In this document: positions 1 through 13,799 of the stretch, in pieces
Numbering within the stretch: the stretch's first letter is position 1
Layout: each line of letters starts with the position of its first letter
Source: the human T2T-CHM13v2.0 reference genome, Homo sapiens
NCBI RefSeq assembly: GCF_009914755.1
Contig: NC_060932.1
Length of the DNA: 64,000 nucleotides
Reading direction: 5' to 3' (one strand)
Made by a program: the position numbers and the translations under genes
Notes under the pieces: generated by a model
The model's input: only the letters and a program-made list of their open reading frames with translations
What the model was told of the DNA's origin: nothing
The model's database searches: none

Positions 1-42
1 CTCAGGCAGATCTTTCTAGCAGCCTAAGAATGCACTACTATA
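1..42 (+). mobile_element. 3' end of a THE1/MST-type MaLR LTR, cut by the window edge
   Basis: ctcaggcagatctttctagcagcctaagaatgcactactata resembles the LTR end ctcagg...tctttatagcag...gagaatggactaataca. Confidence 0.5.
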
Positions 43-1160
43 ACAACCAAGACAAGATACCAGTGATCATGGTCTTTTTCTACACAGTAGTAATTTTCAT
101 ATACATTATATGTTCTATTATTTCGTTTTAGTTTCCTATGTTTGCAGAAAAAGTAAGGGCATAATAACAATGGTGTTCTGATTATTCTATTCATGAAGTT
201 AACATTGCTGGAAAACTAAAAAAAATCTAGATAGAGGCAAATATCTTCAATATTATACCACATTAACTTCCACTGAAGAAAAGTTTTCAGGAAATCATAG
301 TGAAACTAAATATTATTAAGGTTTAGAAGGATATTAAAGAAATAAAAGATTGGCTTCCTGGACAATGGGACAGTCTACATTATATCATTTGCTATTTAAG
401 TTCTAAATAAATTAAAAACTCTTTTCTCCATAATATCATGAGTAATGTAATGTGCATGCTAAAAAACACCATTTAAAACTAACACATACCATATGGTTAA
501 TGCTCTGTGGAAATTTCTTTTTCTTACTATTAAATTTTATTATCCTGTATATTTAATTCCAGGACAAAATCTTATTTATTTGGTTTTTCTTATTTTTGCT
601 ACTACCATAACAACACATAATTCAATGACCCAAAGCTATCTTCCTCTTTTCCTTTTCTTTAATATTGTAATCTACATATGTGTCCCTGTTTAGGTATTGA
701 TATCATCTATCACAAAGGCTATTTTCTGCAGGTGTACATGTTCCTTTGATGACCTTAGTTTATTGTTACCAAAATTTATTAAATGTGATTCCTTGTCTAC
801 ATAAACATTTTTTTTTTTTCATTTAATAGTGAGGATTACAATGCAAGGACACTTTCACCTATTCCTGGGGGTGTTCATGAACAAATATAAAGCAGTGCTA
901 TGTGAAATGAATAAATATTGGGGGTGGAGTAAAGGAAATAGAACAGATTTCTGAAAGTACAACACATTTAAAAGAAATTTAATTTCTATAAATTTGTACC
1001 TTATTGCAGGCCTGGTTATAGAAAATCTATTCTTGAAAGCCCATTTCGTTTTATAAAATATTTTCCTTACCATACTTTAAAACTGAAACCATATAGTAAT
1101 TTACAGAAGGGAGTGATGGGGGGCACGGTATTTAATACTAAGTTTAGGAAGAAAATATAT

Positions 1161-1486
1161 CTTTTTTCTTCTTCTTTCTTTCTTTCTTTCTTTTTTTTTT
1201 TTTTGAGACAGGGTCTCACAATGGCATGATCTCGGCTCACTGCAGCTTCCCTCAGGATCCCAGATTTAAGCATTTCTCCCATCACAGCCTCCCAAGTAGC
1301 TGGGACTAGTACAATCACGTGCCACCATGCCCCGCTATTTTTTTTTTTTTTTTTTTTGTATTTTTTGGTAGAGACAGGCTTTCACCATGTTCGTCAGGCT
1401 GGTCTTGAACTCCTGACCTCAAGTGATGTGCCCACCTCGGCCTCCCAAAGTGCTAGGATTACAGGCATGAGCTACTGCGCTTGGCC
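1161..1486 (-). mobile_element. Alu (AluJb/AluSz-like) with a ~25-bp deletion in the right arm and a (CTTT)n-derived tail
   Basis: Antisense Alu motifs (gagacagggtctcac, ctcggctcactgcag, cctcccaaagtgctaggattacaggcatgagc); degenerate TSD taggaagaaaatatat / taggaagaggagatat. Confidence 0.93.
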
Positions 1487-2512
1487 TAGGAAGAGGAGAT
1501 ATCTATGTTGTTTCCTAAAAAGCCAAAAAACATGTAGAAAAAGATATATAGGAATATGCATTAAAATACAAGTATTCAAAAATATATAGAAATATGTAGA
1601 GGATTGCTTTCATCATAACACATACAATATCTGAGACACATTTAGGTTGATACCCAATAATTGTATTAAAGGTCAAGTGATAAAACTGTAAAGGGAATGA
1701 TTTTTACTCAGTTAAAACACGTGAATATTTGTGCTATCACTTGATTAGTTCTCTGGTTCATTTTACTGTTAACTCATTAAACAACACCCACTATATTGTT
1801 TATTCAACTGTAATTTAATAAGCCATTGAGACTCATCCTTGAGAATTGGAGGAGAGGAAGGGGATCAGTAAAGAAACATCCATCACTGCTGTTCACAGAG
1901 TTCTTGCTAATGTGGCCAACAAACCATGTGTGAATGAAGGTCAATGACAATTGAGGGAAGACTTGGAAATAACTAGGGCAGGTCCAAGACATAACGAAGT
2001 GCGCCGTCTGGCCCTCTGTGCAAATGCATAGAAGAAAGTTGAAATTTTGTGTTTCCTTCTCATCAACATAATTCTGCCATGATTCCACATTCCTCTGGCT
2101 AAATTACCTTCTTTGTGGAATGTGGTAGTCTTCCCCTTCCTGCCTGCTGCTAGACCACAATAGAATTTGAAAAACGGACTGTGGATGCATTGTAGTTGGA
2201 TAAAAAGTAAGAGAGGTGTTCATGTCTATGTATTGCCTTTCATAAAAGTTACTTTACATGGTTCTTGGAAGTTTCCCTTTGGCTCATGTCTTCGTTTAGT
2301 TGACTTTCTGAATTCTTAATTGCTTTATCTATTTATTCTTAATATATAGAACTAAATGAAAAAAGAAATTAAAACAAAAATCAAGAATAAAATTAATGAT
2401 ATTAAAAGCCTAATTGAAAGCGTTTGAAGTAATAATTAGGATAATGAGGAAAATCACTTTTCCGTTTTGCAATGTATTTTATTGCTATGTAATTTGTCTT
2501 AAATCATCCTGA

Positions 2513-2824
<312 letters not shown>

Positions 2825-3658
2825 TGAACCATAAAAATTTAAACAAACAAATAAAAGACTACTATGACTAGGAAAATATCTGAGAGAAATGCTAAAGAAA
2901 ATCTGGCATATAAAAATGCAAAGAATAAAAGAATTTATTTGTTGTAAGGTTGGACACTGTAATCAAAACATGCTCTTATTTCCTGATCAAGTTTTGTAAA
3001 ATAAATCAGTAAACCCTGCTTTAATCTGTTTTTTCAAATTGACTGGCAAAATATGTATTAACATGGTTAATGAACCATAAAACACATTATTCATTGTTTT
3101 ATTCAAAGATGCTTCTGCTAAAAATATTGTTATTTATACCTGCAGCTATAACTAAAAGAACAAACATCAAACTGACTTTGCTTTCCAAGTCATACAAATC
3201 ATATAAAAACAATTCCACAAATGAAAATCAAACCTCTTTGACACGACACTTTTGTTTTATATGAGTATTACATCATCTCACATATTACATCCAGGTTTAG
3301 CATTGAGTTGTTCTTAAAATAAAGTTATTTAAACTTAATGTACTTCAGTGCAACTTGTCCCTACTCAGTATTTCATTGTACAGTGAGCTGCTAGTTAATA
3401 TCTTATCATTTACCCCTGAATTTCAGTATTAATCAGGATTTCTGGGTGTACTTTAGTCAGCATTCCTTGACGTGACATTCTCATATATTCATCACTTTCC
3501 AATGTATTTTCTCTTCTAGAAATAGATTTGCATTCCTCACGAAGTTTTCATCTTTGTCTCTGGGCCTTTGTTTATATTTTAGTAACAGATATTATTCTAT
3601 GGTAACTGTATAGTGGGCCTAGCAGAGTAAATAACATGCATAGGATGACCAACACACA

Positions 3659-3730
3659 TAGGGTGACCAATGGTCCTGTTTTGCCTGGAACTGGACTGTT
3701 TTGTAGGACACAGGACTTTCAGCACTAGAA
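3659..3730. mobile_element. hAT-Blackjack MITE fragment (MER94/MER81-like)
   Basis: TIR-like tagggtgaccaa..gtcctgttttgcctggaact followed by ggactttcagcactagaa. Confidence 0.6.
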
Positions 3731-4407
3731 GCACAAAAGGAAAGAAAAAAAAAAATAGTCAGCTTATGAAGATTTGGTCACTTCACATATACTATGTTTT
3801 CAGTAAGGTAGAATTCCTTTACTTGTATCTCTTTCAATATTTCTTAATTCAAATGAAAAAAGATATCCCCCTATCCTTGAAGCATTTGGAAGATTTGTGT
3901 TCATGAAATTCTCTTCATCTAAATGCCACAGTGTCCTCTCCTATAAATCACTGTATTGGCCCTGAGCCTTTCTACATAGCTGTAAGTGGTTGTTTTGTCT
4001 GAGTGCTGTTGCTGAAGGGCTTGTCAACCATGACAGTGAGCAGACACAAAAACACCTCCATGTTTATATTTGAGAATTTTAATGTATAAGGACCTGTAAA
4101 ATCATACCTACTCATTTTTTGGCTCTGGGGATCAAGTCAGGTAAATGCCGAAAACTCAAAAAGCATTCTACTCAATTTTTATAGTTGGATATTCAGTTTA
4201 AGCCTTTTGCTTCGTTTTGATTTTTGCTGTTTTCTCCATCCGGTGACTCAAGGATGTTGTTTAGATGTGTTTGTTCTCCCTTGGCTCATGGAAAGATTAC
4301 AAAGTTCAAAGACAACTTCAATTGCTACAGATAGGTTTCCGAAGCCATGCTAGAAAGATGGGGCGAGAAAAAGTAGCAAGAGGAAGAAACCATGCCGTAG
4401 TTGGGGG

Positions 4408-4972
4408 CAAGGTCGGCTACATAACTTGTGGACTCCAGTGCAAAATAAAAACGCAGGGCCCCTTGTTCAAAAAAGGAGGAAAAATGCTTCATTCTTCCTT
4501 TTGTGATTTCCCTATAAACAGTCATGATGTTTTAAAATTTTATCTTAATGTTGCACTCTCTCAGCACAGGAATACTTATAGGGGAACACAGACCCTGACA
4601 AGTGCCAGGGGCCCCACTCTGTAACTAGGCTCATGGGACATGTGCCCAACCCTGAGCTTCTTCACATCCACACCCAGGACCCCTCTGAGGATAGAGGGTG
4701 TCAGCAGTCACTGGCAGAGACTGGGAAGCCAGCTGCTGAGAACCAGTCCAGGGAAGGCCAGAAAGCCCCAAAGCAAGACCATGTGTGTGTATCAGTGTTC
4801 TAAGGTCCTAGGGCATGCTGTATTCCCCCATCATACATCACTTTACAGTTCAAATTCAAAGGGAAATTTATTAAAATTATTAGGAGAGCAACCAGCGAGC
4901 ATCAAACAGCAAGTCTCGGAGTGTGGAGCCCTGTCCGATTGCACTGGTCACATAGCCATGGAGCTGCCCCTT
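4408..4972 (-). mobile_element. MER45-family (hAT-Tip100) non-autonomous DNA transposon with both ends present
   Basis: Start caaggtcggctacataa...cagtgcaaaat...cagggccccttgttcaaaaa and end gcactggtcacatagccatggagctgcccctt match MER45 termini; 8-bp TSD gttggggg (4400-4407) / ggtggggg (4973-4980). Confidence 0.82.
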
Positions 4973-5509
4973 GGTGGGGGAAATTCACTATGACTAGAAT
5001 CCTGGAGAGGAATCTATGAGTCTTGCAGCTGGCAGGACAGTAAAGGGTATTCAAGTCCCACTCCTGGCAATAATCCTCTAAAGGGAAAGAAACTCCAAGG
5101 AGATGGACATGGGACATGTCCATCTAGCTAACTAGCCTTTCTGAATCCCAAAACTGTTGAAAAATTATCTTGCTTAAATTTTACTTTAAAGGGCGATGTG
5201 ATTTTGGACAGAAGAGATATCAGTGACAATGGCAACCTCAACATGAAAGCGTCCTTCCCAAGTTTCGGGCAAATACATGATAATCTCAGATCCTTGTTCA
5301 ATGGTGTGAGGAAGCACCATTGCAAATGTTAGCAATTTTTATTTCCAGGCATTCCAACAGGACGGTGGATGCAGATTTAATGTGATTTAGTGGAACTAAT
5401 ACAGAGTGATTTTTCTTACACACAAAGTTTGGAAATAATACTCGAAGAAATGGCTGCTTTGTTACAAACTTTGATATATTATTGTTTATATAAGCAACTA
5501 GTAATATTA

Positions 5510-5740
5510 TTGATAGTTAACATTTAGTATTTAATCACTATGCTTCGTATGCTGTTCTATTCATTTTATATGCATTATTTTACATAATCCTTATAGCACC
5601 ATGTAAATGATATAATACTATTAACCTCCTTTTACACATGAGAAAATGAATGCAGACAGCATTTCATGAATTATCTAAAATGATACGTCTAGCAATTGTA
5701 GGTTCAGGATTTTACCAAATAAATAGGCTCCAGAACTTGT
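5510..5740 (-). mobile_element. MIR
   Basis: Degenerate MIR core (taacattt...cattatt..ataatcctta...ttttacacatgagaaaatga). Confidence 0.65.
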
Positions 5741-6183
5741 CATATAAACTATTAATAGGCTTACATTTACAATAAAATGGAAGTCATTACTTCATTTTAC
5801 CTTCATTTCAATGTTGTTCATTTTTGTACCCAACCAAGAACTGATGGTAGAAATCGAATACAAATGTGTGCTTTTAAAACTTCAAATCTAGTTTTTGAAA
5901 TTGCTTTTGGTGTTTGGACAATTTGGGAGATACCATAGGATAAAATATTACAGAATTTATTCATATAAGCCTATAATTGTTACTTCAAATGTGAAGTCTG
6001 GCTTTCAAGCCCAAACTGACCTGTTTGAAGTGGAAAATAAATATATTTTACAATGGATAACACAATAATACACAATTTGGTTGATCAGAATATGTGTATG
6101 CCTGAGTAGTCTTTATATGGCATATGATCTATTTAGCCCTACGAGATTGGAAAAGAAGAAAATGAAAAAAATATTTACACTTA

Positions 6184-6979
<796 letters not shown>

Positions 6980-7734
6980 GAGATTGGAACTGAGGGCGAT
7001 AGCACATTTTTGTGCAACTCTATAATTTTTATTATTTCCTGAAGACAAATATATTTTCCGTTGTCAATGGAAAGATGGTGTGACTTCATTCCTGTGGCTG
7101 AAATTCCTTTCTTTTCTTTTGGGGAGGAAATAAGATGATTAGAATCGTGTTCTTCAGTGAACCACTATATGCGAATTTCAATGCCAGTGTTTGGAGATCC
7201 CCCATGGATTCTTGCAAAAAACTTAGAGGTAATCTTAACTACATTTAGATCTGAGGGATTTTGCCTCCCGATGGCTTCCCAAAGGCCAATCAGTAACCTA
7301 AGAGGTGGCAATGGCATAATAATGTATTCTAAATTATCTGGCAAATTTCACTTTCTGTAGAAGACTGTTTAGTCATTCAGACAAAGACAAATTTAATTAT
7401 TGCACCAGGAGACTTCTTGGCAAAATTACATTTTCAGAATTTCATTTTAAGCAACTGCAAATCTATAGGTTTATATGTGCCAATCCTTCTCTTTTGTTTT
7501 GGATGGTTTGTTTTTGCAACAATATGTTTGCTATGGTCAAAGGATAATTCTCAGACAACTGTGCAAACATGTTTCATGAATTTCAATGTAATGCAAATGA
7601 AGCATGAAGCAGAGTTTAGCAAATTGCACAATTAATTCCGTGTAATACCATATATTTAATTCATCAATATAGACAGTTCTGAATAAAGCAATAAGTGAAT
7701 CTAAATCTTCATTTGATAAAACTATTTGGTCAGT

Positions 7735-8772
7735 TGTTGCAGGAAGTCAGGGACCCCGAATGGAGGGACTGGCTGAAGCCGTAGCAGAAGAACATAAATT
7801 GAGAAGATTTCATGGAAATTTATTAGTTCCCCAAATTAATACTTTTATAATTTCTTACGCCTGTCTTTACTGCAATCTCTGAACATAAATTGTGAAGATT
7901 TCCTGGACGTTTATCACTTTCCCAATCCATACTCTTGTGATTTCCTATGCCTGTCTTCAATCTCTTAATCCTGTCATCTTCATAAGCTGAGGATATATGT
8001 CACCTCAGGACCCTGTGATGATTGCGTTAACTGCACAAATTGTTTGTAGAGCCTGTGTGTTTGAACAATATGAAATCTGGGCACCTTAAGAACAGGATAA
8101 CAGCGATTTTCAGGGAACAAGTGAGATAACCTTAAAGTCTGGCTGCCTGTGGGCCAGGCAGGACAGAGCCATATTTCTCTTATTACCGAAAATGGGCCAG
8201 AGAAATATCGCTGAATTCTTTCCCCAGTAAGGAATATTAATAACAGCCCTGGGAAAAGAATGCATTCCCAGGGCAGGGCCTCTAAAATGGCCACCGTGGG
8301 AGTGTCTGCCTTATGCAGATGTAGATAAGGATGAAACATGCCCTAGTCTCCTGCAGCACCCCCAGGCTTGCTAGGATTAGGAAATTCCAGCCTGGCGAAT
8401 TCTAGTCAGACCGGTTCTCTGCTCTTGAACCCTGACAATGCGTGCACAGCAGGACATGGAAGTTCATTAGTGATTCTGGTTTCTACCTGACCTTCTGCCT
8501 TGTGACCTTTTGTTGCCCTTGAAGCATGTGATCTCTGTGACCCACACCCTGTTCATACACTCCCTCCCCTTTGAAAACTGCTAATAAAAACTTGCTGGTT
8601 TTACGGCTCAGGGGGCATCACGGAACCTGCCGACATGTGATATCTCCCCCGGACACCCAGCTTCAAATTTCTGTCTTCTATACTCTTTCCCTTTATTTCT
8701 CAGACCGGCCAACACTGAGGGAAAATAGAAAAGGACCCATGTGAAATATTGGGGGCTGAATTTTCCCCGATA
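7735..8772 (+). mobile_element. MER11 (MER11C-like) solo LTR of HERV-K(HML-8)/HERVK11
   Basis: Begins tgttgcaggaagtcagggacccc and ends ttccccgata; perfect 6-bp TSD gtcagt at 7729-7734 and 8773-8778; internal repeat gaacataaattg.gaagatttc at ~7790 and ~7881; aataaa at 8583. Confidence 0.93.
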
Positions 8773-9936
8773 GTCAGTTAGATTATCCTTAAACTGAACA
8801 AAGTATTTTTTCCCATCCACCTTCATTTATCTGTGATTATGATTAAAATGAATTCTATTTCAAAAAAACTTTAGGAGATTAATCATATATGCCTTTGTCT
8901 TTTTAGGTGGGTTTAAATCATACAATGCTGCGTAATAGCTTAATATGGAAATTAAAAATATAATTAAATAAATTATAAAATTCGTTTATTGTTTAGCATC
9001 AAACAAATGCAGCATGCCCTTGAATTGGCAGCAGTGGGATTTCTTTTTCCTATTTTTTTTTTATTAAATCACCTTTCTCTAAAACTATTTTTGGAAAAAT
9101 AAAAAATTCAACTCATATTGCCATGTAAGTATAAAAAGTGATTTTTATTCCATTGAATCATATGAAATTATTAAATTTATAATACTTGTCCTTGAATCTT
9201 TATGTTATTAGTAGTGGAGAGTTAAAATAAAAAGTCATGTGGACTTAACATGTAAATGTATAAACAGCCAAATATTTATACGTGCATATGTGTATACATT
9301 TTTTTAATGTTAGGGACTTCTGCACCTATAAATAAATTTATGAATAACATTTTAAAAATTCCAGAGATGATTGGCAAATCCATTGTTAATTATTTAAAAT
9401 AAATTTTCACATACAAAAAGTGCTCTGAAGCCAGATCTTAAAAGAGAGTTCAAATGCTTACTTAATCCTCACTTAATACATAGTTTAAATGTTACCATCA
9501 GATACTGTTATTACTGTTGGACTACAACTTAATTTTCAACCTGCATAGTGAGGAATAGATTTCCATTCAACGCTGGAGGATATAGTAACAAACATGTTGA
9601 CTTCAGAACTCTGGCAGCAGCAACAAACACACTGTTTCAAGCACTCATGCAATAAGAAATTGAAGAAAAGCAACTCTTGGAGCAACATGACCACCTTCTT
9701 GATAAGAGCAATACATTAAATATGCAAGAATTTTGAATTGGAGAACTTATGGGTAGATTGTTCTACAAAGTCAGATGGTAGTAATTGTAAATGCATACCT
9801 ATGCAAGTATCCATGTATGCATGCAACTATATTATAGAGAGTAAGGCACCAAAAAACACTAACTTGTTTCATTTAAGCATAGAGAAGTAATGGCTATGAT
9901 TTCATCACTCGATGTCAGAATGATTGTTAAAATTAT

Positions 9937-10110
9937 GGCTACACAGCTTGCTAGTTCTATAAACTTAGGCAAGTTAAGTAAACTCTATACTTCATGAACA
10001 TCATCTGTAAACTGAGGGTAGGTATAATTCCTACCTAGAGACTGGAGTGAGACATCCTATGTTACATGTCCGAACTAATACCTGACATCGTAGATTCTCA
10101 ATTGGTGTTA
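9937..10110 (+). mobile_element. MIR
   Basis: cttaggcaagttaagtaaactct...catctgtaaactgagggta core. Confidence 0.65.
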
Positions 10111-10115
10111 ATTAC

Positions 10116-10548
10116 TGTATTTGTTATTTATTGCTGTGTAATGAAGTGTCCCAAAACTTAGTGGCTTAAAACAAGCAATGTTGATTTAGCTTACAATTCT
10201 ATGAGTTGACAGTTTGGGCTGGCTTTGTCTGAATGGTTTGTCTGCATCTCAGCCAGACCCAGGTATCCAGCTGAAGATTGTGTTCAGAGTTGCCTAGCTG
10301 TCTCATAAAATCCAATAGATTAACCTGGGCTTCTTGCCAGAGCAGTTCTGAGTTTCAAGAGAGCAAGAGAGAAAGCTCCAAGACTTCTGGAGGCCTAGTC
10401 TCAGAACTGGCATAATGTGTCTGCTGTAACAATAGCTCAAAACATGTCATAAAGCCAGTCCAGATTATAGCAGTGGGGAAAGAGGCTCTATCACCTGATG
10501 TAGAGTTGGTTGCCAAGCATTGTGGCCCCTTTTGCAATGTTTTATACC
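10116..10548 (-). mobile_element. MLT1 (G/H-like) MaLR LTR
   Basis: tgtatt.gttat.tattgctgtgtaa...cccaaaacttagtggcttaaaacaa antisense MLT1 end. Confidence 0.75.
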
Positions 10549-10682
10549 TAGAATTATTATCATTCTCTGTATTTTCATGTAATCTGTAATGTATACATGA
10601 ATGTTGAAATGATACATTTGTTTTGATTTTATGTATGTTTATGTATAAAATTTAGATGTGAAAACAATAAAGAAATTGTCCA

Positions 10683-10875
10683 TTACATTTAAATGTTATT
10701 ATATTTAAATGTAATAAACTTACATTTAAATGTTATTATATTTAAATGTAATAAACTTACATTTAAATGTTATTATATTTAAATGTAATAAACTTACATT
10801 TAAATGTTATTATATTTAAATGTAATAAACTTACATTTAAATGTAAGTTTATTACATTTAAATGTAATAAACTTA
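10683..10875. repeat. AT-rich minisatellite: four exact 37-bp units plus an inverted terminal segment
   Basis: Unit ttacatttaaatgttattatatttaaatgtaataaac starts at 10683, 10720, 10757 and 10794; then ttacatttaaatgtaagtttattacatttaaatgtaataaactta. Confidence 0.97.
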
Positions 10876-13009
10876 AAGCATTTTGGAACTTGAACCGAAA
10901 GTGGCTTTTGAAATGGATACTTTAATTACATTGTTTTTGGTAAACCAATAAAGAGAAGTCCATTGAAACTGAGTGTCATCTTCATAAGTAAGTAATTGAG
11001 TGACTTAGTTGTCCCAGGACTGGAACATCAGATTCCACGTGCATTTGTTCAGTGTTCTTCACACTTGAAGGAAGTCATTATGACTCAGATGTTCAGAATT
11101 TCATATTATGTATAAACAGCATATTAATGGAAGACACTACCCATCAGTTGGCAATGGATTATTTGTATATTCTATGAAAACATATTAATTTAGGTATAAT
11201 AGTTATTTTCTGATGCTTCATCCTAGTCATCCCTGTGTCACCTAATTTACATGGAAACTAAACAAGCATTCATAATTTTTCAAAGGCATATTATGGATCT
11301 TTTAGTGAAATTTGTAATAAAAATGTAGAGTGTGATTTAATAGGGAAATAACTGTCGCTTTAGATAAACTGAAAATGAAATCAAAATTACTATACAAGCA
11401 ACATCAAAATACCTCAGGATGATGGATAAAGATGACATTTACAAGGTTTGGTAATGCAGAATAGTAAAGTTTACAGGAAATTAATCTAATATTGGAGACA
11501 TATCATTTTTCACAGGAGCTGAATCATAATTCAGCTGTCACCCACTGACAAGGTCAAAATTTACCTCTAGGCACACTCGAATGCTGAAGCTGGAGAACTT
11601 TCATCACATCCTAAATCAGTTTCTATATAATTTCATATATAAAATCAAATTCTGTAGAAAGTGTCTGTGCTTAATACATTAAAAAAGCAAACAAGAAAAA
11701 CCTTGGAAACTTTATGTTCAGCTATTATGGAAAAAAAAGAAAACTTTAGTTTGATACATAATTAATCAGAATTATCAGCAGCTGGGTTTCATCCATATTG
11801 CTGCTAATTCTAAGGCAAAACAAAGCCAGCTGTTTCTTTCAGTATATCGACTCCATTACTGTCTCAAGAGCTATTCTGATTAAGGCTAACATGATGTGAT
11901 CGCTTTCATCACTTCACAGCTGCTCTTCCAGTGTTTAGATTTCAAAATCAGCATATGCTGTATATTCAGAAACCTAAGTAAACGAAATTCACATCTGTGT
12001 TATTTAAATGGTTCCAGAACTAACTGGCCTTCACCAACCCACGTGGTAGGTATTTTTCTTTCCGCCATGTTGGTATATACTCTTTAATGAAGTAGATAGA
12101 TGCATTTTGAGTAGTGATCAGGCTCGTTTCTTAGAGGTTTGTGAAATAATGTAGAGCACCTTATAAAGTGTGTGGCACTTACAAAATTTGAAAATGAGCT
12201 CAAGAATTGTTATGTGCTGGGCATGAAAAGATAAATATAGTGAAAAAACAGTATTAGTGCTCACATTTTTTAAATTTGGAAATGGCATTAAATGATGCTG
12301 ACGCATTCAGAATTTGTTCACTGGGTTTCCTACAACATTCCATTTCTTAAAGCAGTCTTATGATTAATTCAAATGAGTAATTACTGTGCTGTTTACTTTA
12401 AATATATATTTTTTGTTTTCATCAAGAAAATAACTTCTGGTTAATACCAGTAGGTACAGCTATCTTCCCACCATCATCCCAGATGTACCTTAAGCAGCCG
12501 CTCGTTTAGCTACTTGTGCTTCTTTTAATAGCTCATTGTAATCTTATGTTCTCTCTCACAAGTTTTCTATAGCAAACTGAAGAAAAGAAAGGTTGAGCAG
12601 GCATCTTACTCCTCAAGAATAATTCTACCACTTATATTTAAGGCACCTTCCATTTGTGCCTGTCTGGGAAACTCTTTCAATCCCTCTTTCTCCACTGGAT
12701 GCTCAGTCGATTGAAAAGCTCACTTTTATAAAACCTGCTTTTAAATTCATGATAGAATGTCACATCTTCTTCCTTTGATAGCCATTCTCAAATATGAACA
12801 TACACGAAATGCACATTACCAAACTCTCAGAAATTCATTTTCTGCGTGGAATGTGGAATGAAAACACATTTAAATAAGTACTGCAGAGGACACATCCGTA
12901 CTTGAAAAATGTTGTTGTAAATTTGTCATTCTTTATGTGTGCTTCTGAAATGTCTATCATATTCTCCTCTGCTACTCATCCATACACGATTCTACATTCT
13001 CACCACGAA

Positions 13010-13625
13010 GTTGCTGGTGGGGATGTAAAATGATACAGCCACTGTGGAAAACAGTTCCTCATGAAATTAAAAACAGAAGGACCATATGATCTGGCAATTC
13101 CAATGCCAGGTATAGACCCCAAAGAATTGAAATCAGAGACTCAGAAAGATAGCTATACATCCACATTCATAACAGCATTATTTACAATAGCCAAAAGGTG
13201 GAAGCAAATCAAGTTTCATCCGAAGATGAATGATAAACAGATTGTTGTATATGAATACAATGGAATATTAATCGGCATTAAAAATAAATTATGACACATT
13301 CTAAAAGCAATGGTAAATATTGTAGACATTACAGTAACTGAGATAAGATATTCACAAAAGGACAGATGCTGTATGATTCCACTTTACAGGAGATACCTAG
13401 AGTAGTCAAATCATAGAGACAGAAAGTAGAATGGTGGTTGCCAGGTGCTAGAGTAAAAGAGTTATTGCTAATGGGTATAGGGTTTCAGTTTGGGAAAATG
13501 AAAAAGTTCTGAAATGGACCGTGGTTGTTGTTAGGTGAATATACACTTAAAATGGTTAAAAATAGTAAACTTTTTGATATTTATATTTACCACATACATT
13601 TAATTTATACATATATTTACCACAG
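13010..13625 (+). mobile_element. L1MB/L1MC-type 3' end (ORF2 C-terminus plus 3' UTR)
   Basis: ORF 13061-13294 PYDLAIPMPGIDPKELK...FITALFTIAKRWKQ resembles the ORF2p C-terminus; typical 3' UTR (tcatagagacagaaagtagaatggtggttgccagg). Confidence 0.85.
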
Positions 13626-13799
13626 AAATGACTAATATAAAAAATATTGAGTAATATTGTCATTGCATGTTGGGAGGGTGTAATTAAACCAAGGTGCGGT
13701 AAGATATGCATGGTGAAATTAAATATGCATGATAATGATTTCAGGAAAGTGATTACTGGATAGCTATAAAAGCTTCAACTTTCAAATCAATACAAAAAA

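Noticed and set aside
4265-4993. Two consecutive ~118-aa ORFs
   Set aside because: They lie largely within the MER45 element and show no recognisable domain.
10683-10875. CRISPR-like array (37-bp palindromic direct repeats)
   Set aside because: Units are head-to-tail with no unique spacers, there are no cas genes, and the context is primate DNA.
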